A stretch of DNA of 61,534 nt, counting the filler, from Actinomycetales bacterium (GTDB lineage: Bacteria; Actinomycetota; Actinomycetes; Actinomycetales; CAVURS01): the NCBI GenBank assembly GCA_045807245.1. It is 5 parts of 5 records of this genome, joined end to end, with 100 filler letters (N's around TTAATTAATTAA, not from the genome) between each part and the next. Parts side by side here need not be neighbours in the genome. Positions count along the whole stretch, not along the records: positions 49,843 to 61,534 come from JBJMHS010000029.1; 4 more parts are not named here. The stretch is one strand, 5' to 3'. The stretch's first letter is position 1. Every line of letters begins with the position of its first letter. The translations under genes were made by a program, and so were the position numbers. The notes under the pieces are model-generated. The model was not told the origin of the DNA. It was given only the letters and a program-made list of their open reading frames with translations, and did not search any database. Of the stretch, positions 58,868 to 61,534 are shown one piece after another.

Positions 58868-58902
58868 CTCTCGGGTGGCGGAGGTGGTGTCGCCGCTGGG
58901 GG
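58868..58902 (+). ncRNA. Hairpin in the hpf/raiA 5' leader (candidate raiA-hairpin-like cis element)
   Basis: ctctcgggtggcg-GAGGTGGTGT-cgccgctggggg, just downstream of a TAGCGT -10 (58852-58857). Confidence 0.4.
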
Positions 58903-58972
58903 TGCAGGCAGCCCGTCGCCCAGTCACCTGACGCCTGTCTGCGTCGGGTCACCGACTCCAAGGAGGATCGTC

Positions 58973-59665
58973 GTGGAGATCGTCGTCACCGGCCGGCACA
59001 CCGAGGTTCCGGAGCGCTTCCGGCGTCACCTCGAGGAGAAGCTGGCCAAGGTCACGCAGCTGGCGCCCCGGGTGCAACGCCTGGACGTCGTGATCTCGCA
59101 TGAGCCGAACCGGCGCCAGGCCAAGGCCTGCGACCGGGTCGAGATCACGTGTCTGGACCGGGGACCGGTCGTGCGAGCCGAAGCCTGTGCCGACGACCCC
59201 TATGCAGCCCTCGACGCGGCCTACGGCAAGCTCGCCGAACGGCTGCGGCGGATGCGCGACCGCAAGCGGGTCCATCGCGGCCGGCACACGCCGGAAGGCC
59301 TGGCGGAGGTGTCGGCTCGCCGCCACATGCTGCCCGACTCGTCGCCGCCCGCCGAGCTGGCCGGAGTGCCGGCGACGTCCAACGGGTCGAGCGCCGACCC
59401 GGACTGGGACCACGGCGAGAGCCCGGTCGTGATCCGGGAGAAGATCCACACTGCCGCGCCGATGACCCTGGACCAGGCGCTGTACGAGATGGAGCTGGTC
59501 GGGCACGACTTCTTCTTGTTCGTGGACGCCGAGGCGGGCGTCCCGAGCGTGGTCTACCGGCGGCGCGGATGGTCCTACGGCGTCATCCGGCTGGACCGGC
59601 GGGCAGCTGCCGCAGGCGGCGCCGGCAGCGCAGGCGCCACTCCTGCGGAGGTGGCAACCGGGTGA
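58973..59665 (+). CDS. hpf: Long ribosome hibernation promoting factor
   Basis: EIVVTGRH, YAALD.A..KL, MTLDQALYEMELVGHDFFLF; AAGGAGG RBS. Confidence 0.95.
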   Translation: MEIVVTGRHTEVPERFRRHLEEKLAKVTQLAPRVQRLDVVISHEPNRRQAKACDRVEITCLDRGPVVRAEACADDPYAALDAAYGKLAERLRRMRDRKRVHRGRHTPEGLAEVSARRHMLPDSSPPAELAGVPATSNGSSADPDWDHGESPVVIREKIHTAAPMTLDQALYEMELVGHDFFLFVDAEAGVPSVVYRRRGWSYGVIRLDRRAAAAGGAGSAGATPAEVATG

Positions 59666-59769
59666 GAACGGGGTGAGCCCACGACCAGGCTGAGCCCGCG
59701 GGTCCACGGGGCAGGTGCCGCGGCGTGCCATGATGAGCGCCGAGCGGCACAGATGCCAGGAGGCAGTGG

Positions 59770-60471
59770 GTGAGAGAGCGCGGAGCGCGAGAGTCAGGCG
59801 GCGACTCGCCCGACGCCATCCGCGTGCTCGTCGCCGACGACCACGCGCTGTATCGCCGTGGCCTGGAGATGGTGCTCAACCAGGAGCCGGGGATCGAGAT
59901 CATCGGCGAGGCCAGTGACGGCGCCGAGGCCATCCGTCGGGCCGAGGAGCTGTTGCCCGACGTCGTTCTCATGGACATCCGGATGCCCCGCCGTTCCGGC
60001 ATCGAGGCGTGTACGGCGATCAAGGACGTCGCCCCCTCGACGAAGATCGTCATCCTGACCATCTCCGACGAGGAGTCCGACCTCTACGAGGCGGTCCGGG
60101 CCGGCGCCAACGGGTACCTGCTCAAGGACGTGCCCGGCGAGGAGATCGCAGCCGGCATCCGCGCGGTCGCCGGCGGCCAGTCGCTGATCTCGCCGTCGAT
60201 GGCCAGCAAGCTGCTCACCGAGTTCGGCGCGATGATCAAGCGCGCCGAGGAGCGCCAGCAGGTGCCGGTGCCGCGGTTGACCGACCGCGAGATGGAGGTC
60301 CTGCGGCTGGTCGCGCGCGGGATGGCGAACCGGGACATCGCCAAGGAGCTGTTCATCTCCGAGAACACGGTCAAGAACCACGTCCGCAACATCCTGGAGA
60401 AGCTGCAGCTGCACTCCCGGATGGAGGCCGTCGTCTACGCGGTGCGCGAGAAGATCCTCGACATCTCCTGA
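59770..60471 (+). CDS. NarL/LuxR family response regulator
   Basis: DDHALYRRG, LMDIRMP, GYLLKD, ISENTVKNHVRNILEKL. Confidence 0.95.
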   Translation: MRERGARESGGDSPDAIRVLVADDHALYRRGLEMVLNQEPGIEIIGEASDGAEAIRRAEELLPDVVLMDIRMPRRSGIEACTAIKDVAPSTKIVILTISDEESDLYEAVRAGANGYLLKDVPGEEIAAGIRAVAGGQSLISPSMASKLLTEFGAMIKRAEERQQVPVPRLTDREMEVLRLVARGMANRDIAKELFISENTVKNHVRNILEKLQLHSRMEAVVYAVREKILDIS

Positions 60472-60488
60472 TCGCACCCGTTGACCCC

Positions 60489-60533
60489 AGTGTCAGCACC
60501 AGGACGACGTTTCTGGCTTCGAGGCGCTGACAC
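60489..60533 (+). repeat. TGTCAGC-N28-GCTGACA element (copy B), left flank of the nuclease gene
   Basis: tgtcagcaccaggacgacgtttctggcttcgaggcgctgaca at 60491-60532. Confidence 0.85.
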
Positions 60534-60624
60534 ACGAGGCTCACCGGCCGCGCGCGACGCCACGTCGTCCACACCGGACGGGACCTGTACGCCGTGGGCT
60601 CGCCTTCTCCGCGACAGTTCCGCC

Positions 60625-61415
60625 ATGTCCGGCCGAGCTGACGTCCTCGACCGCAACGACGGCGTGGCCGACCAGCTCGCCGCACGTCGATGGTCTGAGC
60701 CGGTGCCCGGCGTCGTGGTCCTGCACTGCGGGCCGCTCATCCGTGCGGCTCGCGAGTGGCTCGCGGTGCTGGCCGGCGGTTCGGCGGCGGCGCTCTGTTC
60801 GTGGAGCGCGCTCTCGCTGCACGGTCTCCAGGGGTGGTTCCGGGACAGCACGCATCTCGTGGTCCCTCGGTGGACGCCGGCGCCTGGACGCGCAGCGTCC
60901 GCACGGCCTGCGGTGTGCTTGCCGCCGTCGTACAGCAGGGCCTGACGACTCCAGAGCGACTGCTGCGCACGCTCGACGATGCGGGTCGGGTGCGACATCG
61001 CAGACAGATGATGCTGGCGGTGCTGGACATCGAAGGCGGCTCGAGGGCGTTGAGCGAGATCGACCTGGTCGTGCTGTGCCGCCGGGCCGGAATCCCCATG
61101 CCGGAGCGACAGCGCGTCCGCACCGACGCTCGAGGACGACGCCGCTACCTCGACGCCGAATGGCGGCTGCCGACGGGACGACGGATCGTGCTCGAGGTCG
61201 ACGGCGTACATCACATGGCGGTCGAGCAGTGGTACGACGACCTGTTGCGTCAGGCCGAGGTCACGGAGCCGGGCCGGGACTGGGTCGTCCGCATCCCCGC
61301 GTCGGCACTGCGGTTGGAACCCGGGCGCGTGGTGGACATCCTGCGGCGAACCTTGTCCGCCCTCTCCCGTGGACCTGTCAGCGTCCAGACGCCACATACG
61401 GGGTCCTCGTGCTGA
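60625..61415 (+). pseudogene. AbiEi-like N-terminus + DUF559/Vsr-like PD-(D/E)xK nuclease, frameshifted near 60867
   Basis: One frame gives RRW....PGVVVLH.GP...WLAVLAGG..AAL...SAL.LHGL...HLVVPR. Another frame continues SVDAGAW...SEID...P.RQ...YLDAEW...VLEVDGVHH...DLLRQ...VVRI. Confidence 0.75.
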
Positions 61416-61420
61416 CAGGT
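61373..61420 (-). repeat. TGTCAGC-N28-GCTGACA element (copy C), right flank, inverted relative to copy B
   Basis: Reverse complement of 61376-61417 is 33/42 identical to copy B; 10-bp perfect arms acctgtcagc / gctgacaggt. Confidence 0.85.
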
Positions 61421-61460
61421 GACGCGGTGCCTGTCGTAGCGCCGTTCTAGAGTCGCTCGG

Positions 61461-61534
61461 GTGACGACCACCGAGGGCGCTGGCTGGACCGCGCCCGCCG
61501 TACAGCGCCGGCCCGAGCCCGAGATCCTCGACGA
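61461..61534 (+). CDS. Start of the next gene (truncated by window end; possibly DinB-like)
   Basis: TAGAGT-N7-GTG leaderless start; MTTTEGAGWTAPAVQRRPEPEILD. Confidence 0.4.
   Translation, partial: MTTTEGAGWTAPAVQRRPEPEILD

Noticed and set aside
58832..58972. Full-length raiA motif RNA
   Set aside because: The leader is about 110 nt, too short, and I do not see the conserved core; only a small hairpin is supported.
1..61534. tRNA, rRNA, CRISPR array, IS transposase or prophage genes
   Set aside because: None recognised by eye; tRNAscan, Infernal or ISEScan would be needed to exclude them formally.

Overview
High-GC actinobacterial DNA from a flagellated actinomycete. The window is five contigs joined by artificial 100-nt linkers (N44-TTAATTAATTAA-N44), so adjacency across a linker means nothing. 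Contig 1 (1-25738): accessory and regulatory genes, including two STAND/LuxR regulators, pirin, a KimA-like K+ transporter with a fused OB-fold divergent from kdpDE, ArsR-SRPBCC, a DUF4386 module, and a sugar ABC/DeoR/GH4 cluster. Contig 2 (25839-40231): pepN, malQ, amidase, alpha-glucoside-type ABC transporter, prolyl oligopeptidase, mscS, LacI and a truncated globin. Contig 3 (40332-44093): nonulosonic (probably legionaminic) acid biosynthesis. Contig 4 (44194-49742): flagellar fliF-G-H-I-J, an NlpC/P60+SLT hydrolase and fliK. Contig 5 (49843-61534): MoxR operon, mtrAB-lpqB, comF, hpf, a NarL-type regulator, and a broken DUF559/Vsr-like nuclease gene. The most notable observation is that this nuclease gene is bracketed by two inverted copies of a 42-bp element (TGTCAGC-N28-GCTGACA), and a third solo copy with identical spacing lies on contig 1. 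This suggests a REP/REPIN-like repeat family served by a PD-(D/E)xK nuclease rather than a RAYT transposase. All family assignments are by motif recognition; no searches were run.
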